In this document: positions 49,489-62,154 of the stretch, one piece after another | Layout of the letters: each line of letters starts with the position of its first letter | Numbering within the stretch: position 1 is the stretch's first letter | Assembly (NCBI GenBank): GCA_010356995.1 | Contig: ML996695.1 | Span: forward strand, 319,061-383,060 | DNA: 64,000 nt | Direction of reading: 5' to 3' | Source: Trichodelitschia bisporula | Taxonomy: Eukaryota | Translations under genes and position numbers: made by a program | Notes under the pieces: model-generated | What the model saw: only the letters and a program-made list of their open reading frames with translations | Database searches by the model: none | Told to the model about the DNA's origin: nothing

Positions 49489-50659
49489 AAAGGAGTCAAT
49501 TCTACGGAATATTACATTGCACACTTGACGCTCCTAACGCGGTTGTCCCAACCAGCCGAGCCGAGGTCGTCGATCCCGGGAGCCTGAATGTCTGGCAGGG
49601 AGTCACCGTCGCAGTTGTCACCCCTAAATTGTGAGAGCTGGCTCGAAATCTGGGAGTAACGTACTCGAACGCGTAGCATGTGATTTCATCACCTACGCTA
49701 ATTGAGGAGAGCTGCTTGTAGCTGATGGACGTTAGTCAGTTCGACAAAGCGCGAATGACTCACTATAGGGACCCCTGGAGACGCGTACAGATGCCGGTCC
49801 GGGCGGGGTTGACCTGGATATCAAAGCAGTCCCCCTCATAATAGGGGTCATTGCAAAGTTTAACCTGCCCTTCTTAGCTGCTGCCAGGGCACCAAAATAT
49901 GCGAACCTGAAAAAGATCCAGCGGGCGTGATGCCGCGAGGGCGGCTAGAGCCGAGAGCAAGAAGTGCCTGAAAAGCATTGTGACGGGGGCTGAGGATCAA
50001 GGGCGAGCTCAAACGCTGCGGGTGGGTCTTCTTATACCGGTGGTCGGCACCGCATCATTGCGGCAGCAGTGAGTTCGCCCTCGACCACGGATGCGTCGCT
50101 GTCCGATGTAACGTGTGGGTTGTCACTGCTTCCCGGCCATTATAGGAATCTCAGTGGTGTCAGCGCCGGCATGAACGGCGCCCACCCGGCGTTACTTCCA
50201 CGACACTTGGGAGGAGTAACAACAAAAACCATTGAATCATTGCCATCACTGCCTCCCACCGCCAGTCCGCAAATGCTAGCCATAATTGGCGCGTCGACGG
50301 GAGCGCTGGGTTGTTGGGGATGTTTGCTCTCCAAGCTACAGATCGTCACACGAAATGCCCCGCACCGAGTGGAGGATGCAAGTGCACAAGGCGGGGTACA
50401 AGTGGCGCACTGATGCGCAGCCTTCTCTGGCCCCACATGCCCGGCTTCACGATGCGTCGCTTTTCGTGCGCGCCAGACAGTCCCCCGAGCAGGATCAACC
50501 CATCGGCTTCGAGGAGCGGCACGTTCTGGCAGCTGACTTGCAGTCCAAAGTAGTCGACAGTATGCGCCCAGCCGCGTCCAAGGGATCAGTGGTACAGCAT
50601 TACCAACAACTCAAACTGCAAAGCGTTAGTCAACTAACGTCAAAATGCACATGTATTGA

Positions 50660-52753
50660 TCACTGTTTCTTCCACCAATCCGCCAGCAGCTCGCGAAATC
50701 TGGATCCAAGCAGATCAACAACTTTGCCCGCTTCTGGTGCATCCGGCAGGCCTTGGTCGGAGAGTTGTCGCCTGCCACCAACCCCAGGCTCAGTCTGCTG
50801 AGTCTTGACGTCCTTGCCCTTTCGCACAGGGCCCCGCGGCGTCGCCGGTGTCAGGACAGTGGAGTCAAGGTGCTGCTGCCATTTTCCCAAGTACATTCCT
50901 GGCCCTGCAGCCGCGCCACCCTCTCCTTCCAGGACGGTGTTCAGACTGTCTCTTGACAAGCAGAACAGCGCCGACAGATAGCCTATCCGATCGTCCAAGG
51001 CTTCCAGAACACGTTCCCTGTCGTCCGCTGACAGTTCTTCGAATATCTTCTGCAGCGGCTCCGTAATGAGCCCGGCACCTGCCAAAAAATCGCCTTCACT
51101 CCCCTTCTTACTCGCGGCGGTGGTCGGAGGCAGCTGGAAGTGAGTGACCGCCTTCTTTACGTACTCCCTATATTGCTGCGTGACTTGCTTGTTGTTCTTC
51201 GCCACTTGGTGCAGGAAGCGGTGCAGCGAGTGCTGGTGTGTTCTGAGCAGGTGCACAAAGTTGTCCACTGTCGCCCAGTCTCCCTCTGAGTCGGAGCCAC
51301 TGGAGCCGTCACCGCCGGGTAGTGAGATCTTGAGCAGGTCATTGAGGAATACTTCAAAATCGGTGAGTGACGCGCTGAGATCAACAGCCTGATGCACGCC
51401 GCGGATGATGGGATCGTATGCAGTGACGAGATCGCGGATGGCCTGGGTAATAAGATCCGGCTGTTGTAGGCAGATGATCTCCGAGAGTTGTTCGCGGTCT
51501 CTAATGGAAAGATGCACGGAGAGATACTCGAGTGCTTGGGCGTGCTGTGGATCTGATAGTGTGTAGTTTTTGAGGCGGAAGTCCAGGATGGTGGTAACGA
51601 TGGACTTGGACTCCAGCTCTGGAATGCGTCAGTTTGCTTAATGAAGCAATGGAGGAGAAACTAACGACTGGCTAACCGCATCTCGTCATGCACATCACGA
51701 TTGCTGCGGGCATGGTTCTTGATGCTCTCGATGTGGTCCTGGCCAGGGGCGTCCTTGCTCCGCTCCAGGGCGGAAGCCTGCTTCTGCAGCGCTTTTATGT
51801 CCCAGCCTATCAGGGTGTAGATTATCCTTTTCTGTTAGCTGCGTTGCGAGACACTTACGATACTCACTGTTGAAGCAAGTTAAATCCTTCGTCCGACGGA
51901 TTGCTCAACCCGATCCAGCTTGTAATACTGTTCATCGAGAGCTTTGTGAGCAGTAATCTAACCATGCCATTGATCATCGTCGCTGCATTCCCCACCCGCA
52001 GGGTCTGCCGCATCAGGGTGTACGGGATCTGCTTATGAGCGTTTTCCAGCACTCGAGAGATGTATGGCCCATCTGGTGAGCGGATCAGGATGAAATGCAG
52101 AAAAGAAGCAAGGCTGTGGCCCGTCAGCTGGATGTCCGTTACGACCTACATGGAACCTACTTGATCAGCATGTACTCGTGCGCAGCCAGTACTAGATCGG
52201 AATGATCCTCGAGCTTGTCGGAAACTGCCGTCTTATCGAACAGCTCATCGATCAAGTCTCCATACACCAGCCGCTGTAAGAACTCATCCCAAGCGTCGAC
52301 GACATCTTGCACCTCGTTCGGATCGTACTCGCGCCCCTCCACACTCTGCCGCCGCGGAAGACCTCCCAGACAACCCCGCGCAGGGTACTCAATCAAGGTC
52401 GCGGCGGCCGTGGCGAGTGTTCTCCGCGAACCGATGGTGCCTTTGTCATAGCTGTCCGAGAGCCCAGCGGCGCCGAACTTCTCGACCAAAGGCTCACATC
52501 GCTTTCGCCAAAAGTCTGGTGTGACGTCGCGAAGACCGGGAAGTTCGAGTACAAACTTCTTCAGTAACGCCTGGAGGATTGGTGACGTAGAGGAAGCGCC
52601 TTTATCAAGGCCAAAAGGCACGCCGTAATTGTGAATGGCACCGGGATACTTGAACTTCTCGATTTCGGCGAATGTTTCATTCTGGGTGAGGATGTCGAAG
52701 AGGGCATGCACCTGCTGTGGAGACAGTGTAGTGGGGGGTGGATTCGGAGCCAT
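50660..52753 (-). CDS. PX-associated / DUF3818-like protein
   Basis: Motifs LSPQQVHALFDILT, LSDSYDKGTIGSRRTLATA and IPYTLMRQTLRVGNAATMINGM; multi-exon. Confidence 0.78.
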
Positions 52754-52932
52754 TAGATTAACCAGTAAACCCAAAGTCACAACCCGCGCTGCGATGATGC
52801 TAATTCTATGGACAAAGGGCAGCTGGCAAAAGCGATGACGTGAGTCGCGGGGCTTGACTGGCGCCACATCTTGGACTGCAGCTTAACCCTGAACGTTTGC
52901 CAAGATATATACATGTGAATTCGCAAACTCTC

Positions 52933-55511
52933 CTACTGTCCCTTACCCCCACAAGCTCTTTCCAAAGCCAGGAAGGAGAAGTGCCCTCCAACCACCGGCC
53001 GGGCAAAAAAGTATACTCCAGGAAAGCCTCCGTCTCCCTCAGTATCATACAGATCCGTCAATGGACGATCAGTAGTCGTATCATTGATCCAATTCGCCAC
53101 ACGGTCCAAGATCTCAGCGCGGACCGACTCCTCTGCCACTGCAGCCGCCTCAAACTCCCAATCAGACTTGGTGTACAGATGTCGGCTGTCGAGTGGAAGC
53201 CCGTATCGTTGCATCACAATGTGATACCATGCCGACTGGTTGGTATAGACAGCATGCGGAATAAAGTCATCTGGCCTGCGATCGGATGGCACTGCTCCTG
53301 GCTGCAGCGGCTGCTGGTCTTGCCAAATAGCCGGGTCACTTTCCGCGAGAGACGATTGTTTTTTGGTTATTGAGGGATGGAAACAGAGGACGGCATCGGC
53401 AAAGAGGCTGTACAGAGTGGTCCAGCTGCCGTACCAGTTATACGCAAGCTTCGCGTGCGTGCCATCACGAGAGATGGCGAACTCCTCCCACTTTTTGATG
53501 TAGGTACTCGAGACATTCTGCTGGGTTAACACCGACCACTATGGCTAGCACCACTTACCATATAATACTTCGCATCCTCGTATTCCCCGACAACCTCAGC
53601 AAGCTCGCTCATAGCTTTGATCCCGATGATGCCTTTGAGGGCCAGATTCGAGTGTAGAGCAAGCCAGCCCGCAAAGTCGTCGGTCGACAGCTGGTTGTGT
53701 GGTTCCAGGGTATATTCCACAAGATAACCCGTCCACTGCTTCCATATGCGGTAACTCTTCCGCAGCCATTTTTCGGCTTGCTTTATTCCCTTGGTGCTTC
53801 CACCCCAGCGGTCATCCAGCCCCGCCACGCCATCCTGCCAACTAAAAATGGTGAGCGGAAAAGCGCTCTCGCGATTGCCGTCATCGTATTCCTCTGTCCC
53901 CAGAGCCGACCACCTTGACTGCGGCTCGTAACCAAGCCCGTACTTGAGCGAATTCACCAGGGCCAGCCCCATGATCAACATGTCGCCGCACTCTTCAACC
54001 GGCATGTACTCGTCCCGTCCGTCAGCATGGCCCGTCTGATTCGGAAAGTGTGCACCCAGATCGTGCATTGAGTATTTGTTGGGATACTGTCCACTGAGTT
54101 GATGCTCCAGCAGCGGCTCCAGCAGATATGCGAGCCATCGAGGATTTGTGTAGAGGAAGAAGGGGAACGCCGGGAATATGACATCAACCGTCTGGCAATT
54201 TCCATTCGATGAAATCTCTTTCAAGAAGAGGACGGGATTGTCAGGTGTGCCTGAGAAGCTCGTTGCGCCCAGCACCTGTCGTGCGGAGAGAGCTACGATA
54301 TCCTCGTAGTTCGACGAACCAGATTGGAAGGCATCGATGGCAAGCTGATCCGAGTAATTGCGGGCAAGGTTCAGAGCATTACCAAAATCAAGATAATGAT
54401 ACCGAATCAAGGCTGCGTCTGAAAAAAACCATGACTTCCACAGTGGCCTCATCAAGGTCAGTCCGCGCTCAGAGGCGTACTGGACGACGGGATCCTGAAG
54501 ATGAGCAATGGTAAATGTAACGCTGTCGCTGAACGTGCCACTTCCATGCGCTGACTTGGACAGAGCGAAAGACTTGGAGTAAGCAAAAACGGGCTCTTCA
54601 TCCATGATCGAGCGAAATTTGGGATCCACTTGGTTCTGCAACGCTCCAGTCTTTGAGAACCTCTGACGGAGCAATGCCGATGTCCCGCATTCATGTTGCG
54701 CGTCCTAGCTATCATGAGTAACGGACAGGAGCAACAAGCGAACTTACTGCAGGCGCCGTAAAATATAATGTGCCCCACTCCGCACGATCCTGCTTCTCCA
54801 CAAAGACCTCCTCAGACTGGCGCTTGAAACTCCATGTCTTTAGCCCGTCAGACTCTGCTTGGGCATATGTCCATTCTATGCTGCTTCCCCTGTCTCCGCT
54901 CACCCACAGCCCGTTCAGGTCAATGTAGATGTCGATATCAAACGCCCCAGTGACATATGCAGAGACATACGCTGCTGGTATGGCTTGCCGAAGGGTGGAC
55001 TGCGGAGTAATAGGCGAAAGAAAGGATAAGACAAGCTCGAGTGCCTCGAGGCTAGCATTATTTGACGGGGCTGGGATTAGGTATGTGAGATTCGTCGTGG
55101 ACGCATCGTACTTGGCGCCTTTATAAGTTGCATAGGACACATTGTAGCTGCGAGTATCAGCAGCAGTCCAATAAGTACCTCAGTTTCCTACTCATGACCG
55201 GACGGTATCAAGGAATCATGGGGTCTGCCGAGCAACGGGTATACAACGCGGGATGCGGGGACTGCTGCGAGAATCCCGAAGCCAATCTTGCGTTTTGCGT
55301 CAGCAGGCGCACTTGAGTGTAAAGGAAAGCTCACCTCTTGACCCGTATAAAAGGAAGGCCAATGTCCCCAAGGAACGTCCCGCGCACTCGGCAGCCAGGT
55401 ACTGAGGTACGGGTTCCTAACAATGAGCGGCAGCACCGGAGGCGTGAGAGTGGATGCTGTAGCGCCCAGGGCGCTAATAACAATAGCGGAGAAATGTGGA
55501 GCAAGCCGCAT
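52933..55511 (-). CDS. gtaA: Secreted glutaminase GtaA family protein
   Basis: Signal peptide followed by PPVLPLIVRNPYLSTW, FLKEISSNGNCQTVDVIFP, MPVEECGDM, NQLSTDDFAG, YTKSDWE and FARPVVGGHFS. Confidence 0.9.
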
Positions 55512-55892
55512 AGCGCTGGTTGCTGGAGTGGAGAATGCTGTTGCTACGGCCTGCGAGCGAAGCTGGTAAAGAGGATGAAGAGGAAGAAGAAGAGGAACAG
55601 ACACGAGGAGCTACAAGAGATCGATGTTTCAGGGCCAACCCCAGCCATCCACAGCTGGTGCTGTGCATCACTAACCCTGTCGTTCCTGTGCTGGTCGTCT
55701 GATGCATCAGCCAAGACATGCGGGGTGCAGTGGCAGGGATCATGGGGCTAAACGGCCTTGTCCCTCAAGAGCTTCACATGGCAAAAGGATTACATGTCAC
55801 GTGAAGGGCTGAGAGAAGCCTTTCTTTACTATCCCATGTTCTTCCACAATCAATCTACTCTCTCGCTGCCATGAAGAGCAGCCATGATGCTT

Positions 55893-57163
55893 CTACTTGC
55901 TCGCAAACTCCGGAAGTTTAACTGTGCGTCGCTCAACTGATTTGGCCAGAACCTGCTTGAGCTTTTTACCACACGTCTTGCGGGAGTACTCCGGCCCTTG
56001 TTCCTTGTCTGGTGCATTTGCGTCTGGCTGACGGCTCTCCGCCCGGGATGGAAGAGCTTCTGTGGACTCGGGCGTAGGATCTAAGGACTTCGTATGCGGC
56101 TCAATCTCTGGCTTGGATGAGGCTTTCTTGGGGGACAGAAAAAACGCGAGGCGGCTGAGGCTCGTCCGTAGGCTGTAACCCGGACTTCCGCTCCCCTCAT
56201 CCACCTTTGGATTGCGTTCTGCATTGTCCATGCCCCCCCGAGGCAAATCGGGCGAGGCCAGGCCTGGCGCATGAACTGGCCTAGGCACGCAATGCCGAAG
56301 CTTCATGGCGGTAATTTCATCTGTCATGTCAGCGCCCTTCTCTATTAGTCAAAAGGGCCTACCAGGAGTGCGGTAATGCATGGTCAGTGTGACGTATGGC
56401 GCTTCCATGGGATCAATCAGTGAGAACTTGTAGTACTTCCTCGAATGGCCAGTTTTGGTACGACCGGCGTTGATAAGGCTGCGACATCTTAGCTCCTCAA
56501 CTTTCGTGCCTTCGTTTGTGACTTACCCGACTCCGCCGCCCGAGGTAGTTTCATCTTTGAACGCGGCAAGCTCGCGGGGAACACGACGCTTTGACTTAGA
56601 CCGGTAGATTTGAACCTCAATGATGCGGTTTGCGTCATGCTCGTAAGGCGGCATTTGAGTGGGTTCTGGTTGCTCGGCGCTGAAGCGAAAGGCCCGCTTC
56701 TGCATCGCATGCTTCGAAGCAGTATTTTCATCCGAGACCAAGCATTCAACGGACTGTTCCGGTGCTTCTGTGGGTACCAAGAGCGTGGGCGGGTGCGTCT
56801 TCGCCATCTCTGGGCCTTTGAACAGACCAAACATGACGGCTCCCTTGAACCCCTGTTCTTCTCCGCAGCACCATGTAGTAACTTCCTTACTGTCGAGGAA
56901 AAGCTTCATGACATAGAACTACAGTACGTGAGTATAAGCCCATAAGAACGAGTGCAGCTTACGATAGGCTCGGGCTCTGGATTAGGCGCCGCGTAGGAGA
57001 GCCAGAACAGGTGGTTTGGGCGAGCGGGGACGTAGACCGACACTGCCTTATCTGCAGTTTGGGCGGCAATCATCTCGGAGACGGGGGTGCTCGACACGTA
57101 TTCCTGAACTACACCCTCACCTTGGGTGACGACACTCACGGTGATGCCTTGACAGGTGGGCAT
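55893..57163 (-). CDS. Fungal hypothetical protein (DUF7918-like)
   Basis: MPTCQGITVSV...QEY...SVYVPA, then FYVMKLFLD...TWCCG and IEVQIYRS. Canonical introns link ORFs 56906, 56523 and 55893. Confidence 0.6.
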
Positions 57164-57608
57164 CTGGACACGTTAGCAGGCTAGAAGTCTTGAAACATGC
57201 ACACGTACCTCGATTTCGCGATTGAACCTGCTAATAATGGGTTATCAACTTATTGATTCTACAGTAGGAAGAGCGGGACAACTCGCAATCAAGAACGGAG
57301 AACTCTGGATACCGATAAAGTGATGGTGGACTATCGATGCTGCAAAAAAATAACGGGGGTGAATATTGCGAACGAAATGAACAGGGCGAACAAAATTTAT
57401 GGAGGTGGGGGATGGCAAACTTCAGAATGGAAAAAATGGGAGGGTGTGGAGCTCCGAGGAGAGCTGCGATCGGTTCGGACTTGGAAGGTCTGCCACTGAA
57501 GTTCATGAGGCAAGAGCGTTGCAATATCCGGAGAAATGTGCTTGGGACTTGATATCATACCCAATTCGCATTCAGACGACAAGCCGACGGCATCTGTCTA
57601 AATGCCCG

Positions 57609-60600
57609 CTAGTCGAGACCCAACTTCTGCATCTCACTCAAACAGCTGCCGCAGTACCCATCCAGCCAGCTCTTCAAACTGTCCACCTCTGCTTGATCTT
57701 GCTGGCCCAGCAGACTAGCCACCTGTCTGCACCGTGTCGATTCGGCCCAGACCCAGCTCTCCCATTCCGATCTCAACATCTCCTTCTCCACTCGGTCCAC
57801 GACACGCAACGCGACCAAAAGATCGTGCCGGTAGCCACCAAGGTTCTGTCGAGACTTCTGCAAGCGGCGGAGCGTGGAAATCGTCGACGAAGCGCCGGGA
57901 GGAGGTCGGGCCACCGTGAGCGGGTATGATGCATCTGTCTGATTTACAATTTTGTGGAACGTGGCAGCACTGTCCAGCATTAGTAGATGGAGCGGGTAAA
58001 AACCAAGTACGTACCAAGCACTGTTGGCAAACCCAATTTCTTCAGGTCCATAGACGCGTGTCGCCCACTCATCGATGTCCTTTAGCCATATTGACCTACC
58101 CATCACGGCCTGCGGTCCTACTCCCAATCTGGCCAAGAATCTGCTCGCATTCCTTTCCTGCCACCAGCCCCATGAAGCCCGACCGGACAGGAAAGCATTC
58201 GCACCGAGACTGAGCCCCAAGCCCAAGACCAAGAGCCGATGCGCGCTCGCGATGGTTATCAGAGATGATATCATCTGAATGATAAGTCCGAGGAGTGCCA
58301 GAGTAACGTTCACAGTACTCCGCCGCGCAGTAATGACCGCAAGCTCAGGCAGAGACTTCCTATAGATGCTCCGCTTGCGTAGAGTGGCGCCGATTTCCGT
58401 GGAAACCTGAGAAGCCTGTTTCTGCTGCCCGATCTGTCCAAAGATTTGAACGGCTCTTCGGGAGTTGTTGTTGGTGTGGGACCCTAACTGGGATACCTGT
58501 TCGGTAAGAATGCTGACCAGCGATCTCGCATGTATGTGCAGATTGGCCAGGGCTTCGACTTCGATGAGTCCTGCAAAGGTTAGCAGCAACGTAAAGCTAG
58601 GAGAAAACTCACCTTTGCCAAAGGGCGCTTTGTTCCAATCCACCTTCGTGTATATTGCCAACCTACAGCGCGACTTGGCGACATGCGTGATGACGACCTT
58701 CGAAATGAGACTGAAGGATTCTGACGAAGGTAAAAACCATGGGGTCTTCCTGTCCGTCATGACATAGCAAAGGTGGTCGTTCAGAACATCGATGATCTGG
58801 CTGTCGACAACTTCCGACAAGGAGCCCCCGGATTGGACCTGGAATCTGAATTCTCTTCTGAGATGGCCCTGGTCTTGCTGAACCCACGGGCATTGCATCA
58901 AGTGCTCAATGCCGTCTCCACCATACAGCATTTGGAACACCGCGCTCTTGTCACCGGCTAAGACGTGAAACAGTGCTTTGGCCGTAACGTTGAAGTCCTT
59001 TTCGACTGCCGGCTTGCTCATCCCTTGGGGAACGTAGACCACAGGGTGGGGCGGGAGGCGGAACTTCGTTGCACTTCTTTGAAGGGACTGACGAGACGGG
59101 TCAGGATAGAGAGTGCCGTCGATGCGCAGACCGGCCCTCAGCTCGGTTTGGCGAGGATTGCCATCAATAGGTGTATTGACTGAAATATCTTCCCAGCTGT
59201 CCATGCTGGGTGTATCCTCCACACCACCCGTTTCCATCTTGATAAGGGCCTTGATGACTTCTTCCAAGCTAGAATCGTCGCCGGTATGACGCACGAGGTA
59301 ATTCAAACGGCGCTGAAGCAGTCTGAGAGGCTCGAGAAACGTCTTCACCGTGACTCTTGACGCGCCTTCAGGACGCAGGCCGGGCCGGAGGTGCATGAAC
59401 AAAAAGTCGCAGGTCTTGCCTGGCGCTGCAGTGACCTCAGTTATAGATGAGAGGCTCACGCTGGTAATGAGCACCAGCCCCAGGTGGTTGCTATAAAAGT
59501 AGATGTCTCTGGTTGTGACGAACACCCGGCCAGGGAATTCCTGCTGCTCGTTGGGATTCCAGGTCGCCCTGAAAACGAGGACTAGTCGCTCGGTGCGTTT
59601 GACTTCGGGGAAAAGCATCCTGAACTGCGAGTCCTGGGCTTTCAAGGCCATGGGATAGTAGTTGGGATAGTCGTCAATATTTGATGTCACCCCCAAGCGA
59701 GCCAGGTCCATGGTGAGACTGGCTGCCTTGCGGTGAGAAAGATGTCCTAGGGACAAATCCCCCGCTGCAGAGGTAATGTCAGCCGTGTCGCTGGGTCTTT
59801 CCTTTGCAGGTAACCCCTCAATACTGAGTTTCGGGCTTGCAGCTTGTGATGCTGCCTGCGAAACGTCCGCAGATCGTATCTCACCCCGTTCGCGACGGTT
59901 GACATATCCCCAGTTGGTTGTGCCCCAGATATTAGCAAGCAACGCTCCAGGCATGCCACCATCGCTGCCGGGAACGAACAGCGACAAGCCGCGTTCCGCA
60001 CCAAGGACCACGGCGGTCCTACTCAAGCTCGTGGTAGACGGCGGGAAGGCCAACGTCGAAGGCGCCAAGGTGCTAGGAGGTAGGCGGTTGCTCAAGACGG
60101 CCTTCAACTCCGCGGACGCGTTTGGGCTCGGAGCTATGACGCCCATGGGAAGGGCCGTGTGGCTGGCGGATATTAGGCCCGCGATACCGGAGGAAGGCGA
60201 TGAACTGGGGTTCGCGCCACTTGTAGTGCCCATAGTGGACTTCCGGCCGATGTCAAGCTTCTGCATCAATCTGGCTGCGGTGTCGCGACCGCCCTCTCCA
60301 TCTCGGTCGCCTGTAATGGAGCGCCTTCCTGAGACGTCAACGCTGCTGCGGGATGCAAGTCCACCGAGAGGCGACGGCTCAACCCCAAGTGTGGCCGAGC
60401 GCTCGATGGTAGTCTCGTCGCGGTCTTCGCTAGTCTTTGCGGCAAATTCAGGGGCGATTGGCGGGCTGATAGCAAAAGCGGCGTCAACCGACTTTGCGCC
60501 GGCAGCAATGGCTTCTGTACTTGCGGGGTTCTCCAGCGCCTTACGCTTCGCAACTTCGAAAGATGTGATCCACTCCATGAGATCAGACTGCGTCTCAGCC

Positions 60601-61821
60601 TGCAGTGCAATTGTCGTGCTTTTGGTCTTGACCTCGAAGCAGAAGCGGCGCTCTTCCTGGAATGCCGGACGTACCCCGCAAAGCAGTACTCCAGTTTTTT
60701 CCGACTCCTCGACGCCCGCGGGGCGGGAGCTCGGTGTTAGGTAGCCAAAAATGCCATTTTTCACATAAAACCAGCGTCGGACCCAGACAGTCCTCGTCGG
60801 TTTGCCGGTAAGGGTGCGCTGGAAAAGCCAGCCCTGTTTCTCGGCAGATTCGACTTGTGATCCCTTGAGCGGCCGCGCGGGTCCGGAAGTGCCGAGGTAG
60901 GGGACCGTTGAGACGGCGTAGTCGTCCAGCTCTCGTGACGGGCGCACGGCTTGCTGAGCGGCTTCCTCGATCTGCTTGCGGGCCAGCTGAATCTCCTGCT
61001 TGAAAATGCGCTCATTGTTCTCCATCTCAATGCTCCAACCGCGGATGCGATCAAGATCTGCAGCCCATTTCTCTAGAGTTCCCGCCAAAGCGTCGTGGGA
61101 ACCCCTCATGTCCCGCCAGCGATCCGAGAATATCTTGACCAACAGCTTATCAAGGGACGCTCGAACCTGCGGGGCCATGACACAAAAGTCCATGGAGGCT
61201 TTCAAGTACGCCTTCCTGGCCTCGTGAAGCTGAAACGCATCTTCGCGAAGTGAAGATGCTTCTTTCGCCTTGGACTGCGACGAGTAGCGGGACATGAGCC
61301 CATCAAATGTCCTCTGTGAAAGGTCCATGGTCCTCCGCAGTCCCCTCAGATTGGCGAGGTCGTTTTGTACAAAATTGCGGATAGGTTCCGCAACAGTCGT
61401 CTCGACCTTTTTCATCCACTTCATGGTAGCTGTCCAAAACTCCCTCGCGCCGTCATTGTAGCGCTTTATAGCCAACCCCGTGTAATCCTGGTCCATGAGG
61501 GTCTCCGCAACCTGGGGTGGCGGCGTCGCAAAGGAGAGGTACATATTGATGAAGCTCTCAAAGGACATGGCTTCGTTGGCCAACCGACTGGCGGCCTTCA
61601 TATAACTGTCAAGCCATCTCTCAACGGCATCGAGCTGGTCCCCGAAATGTACCGCAGTTGCGCGGAACGTAGGGCTGTCGAGGGCGGCCTCTTTGAGACC
61701 AACTGGACTATGAATTGGTTAGCTACACTATCATACAGACGCATGGAAGGCTGTACATTAAGCTCAAAGGTTTTGGCACCGGAATCAGCGCGACCGTCGG
61801 CTGAGGGGTCTCCTCCGCCAT
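57609..61821 (-). CDS. SIP3: Sip3/Lam1-type sterol transfer protein (BAR-PH-GRAM-VASt-TM)
   Basis: PVGLKEAALDSPTFR after the first intron, a BAR region (LREDAFQLHEARKAY), a PH domain (KQGWLF...WVRRWFYVKNGIFG...ERRFCFEV), a GRAM-like segment, a VASt segment (AKALFHVLAGD) and C-terminal transmembrane helices. Confidence 0.9.
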
Positions 61822-62154
61822 GGTAAAGGGATTCGCGGAGTGCCGTTGAGCTGCTCACATAGCACTATTGAAGAACAACCGTACACAGATTCGGTCAACG
61901 AGAGTTGTAACGGAATAAGAACTACAAGATATGTGAGGTTGTCGAGCAGCAGCACATGTTTAAGGCAGGCAGTTGACCATCTCACGTCGCATCCGACATG
62001 ACGCCCGCAGGCGCGACCCTTGGCAGATGCGCACGGGCCGCTGATACTGGCCCAAACTCCGTGCGGCGTCCCGTCTCCGCAGAACTTTTTTTGCTTTGCG
62101 ATTTCATGATCCACCATCACCCACATCAGACTCAAAGAAAATCCAACATTCACC

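Noticed and set aside
49757..49770. GACTCACTATAGGG, identical to the 3' part of the T7 promoter (vector contamination?)
   Set aside because: The TAATAC part is missing and no polylinker or vector sequence follows. Chance, or a TGACTCA site, is more likely.
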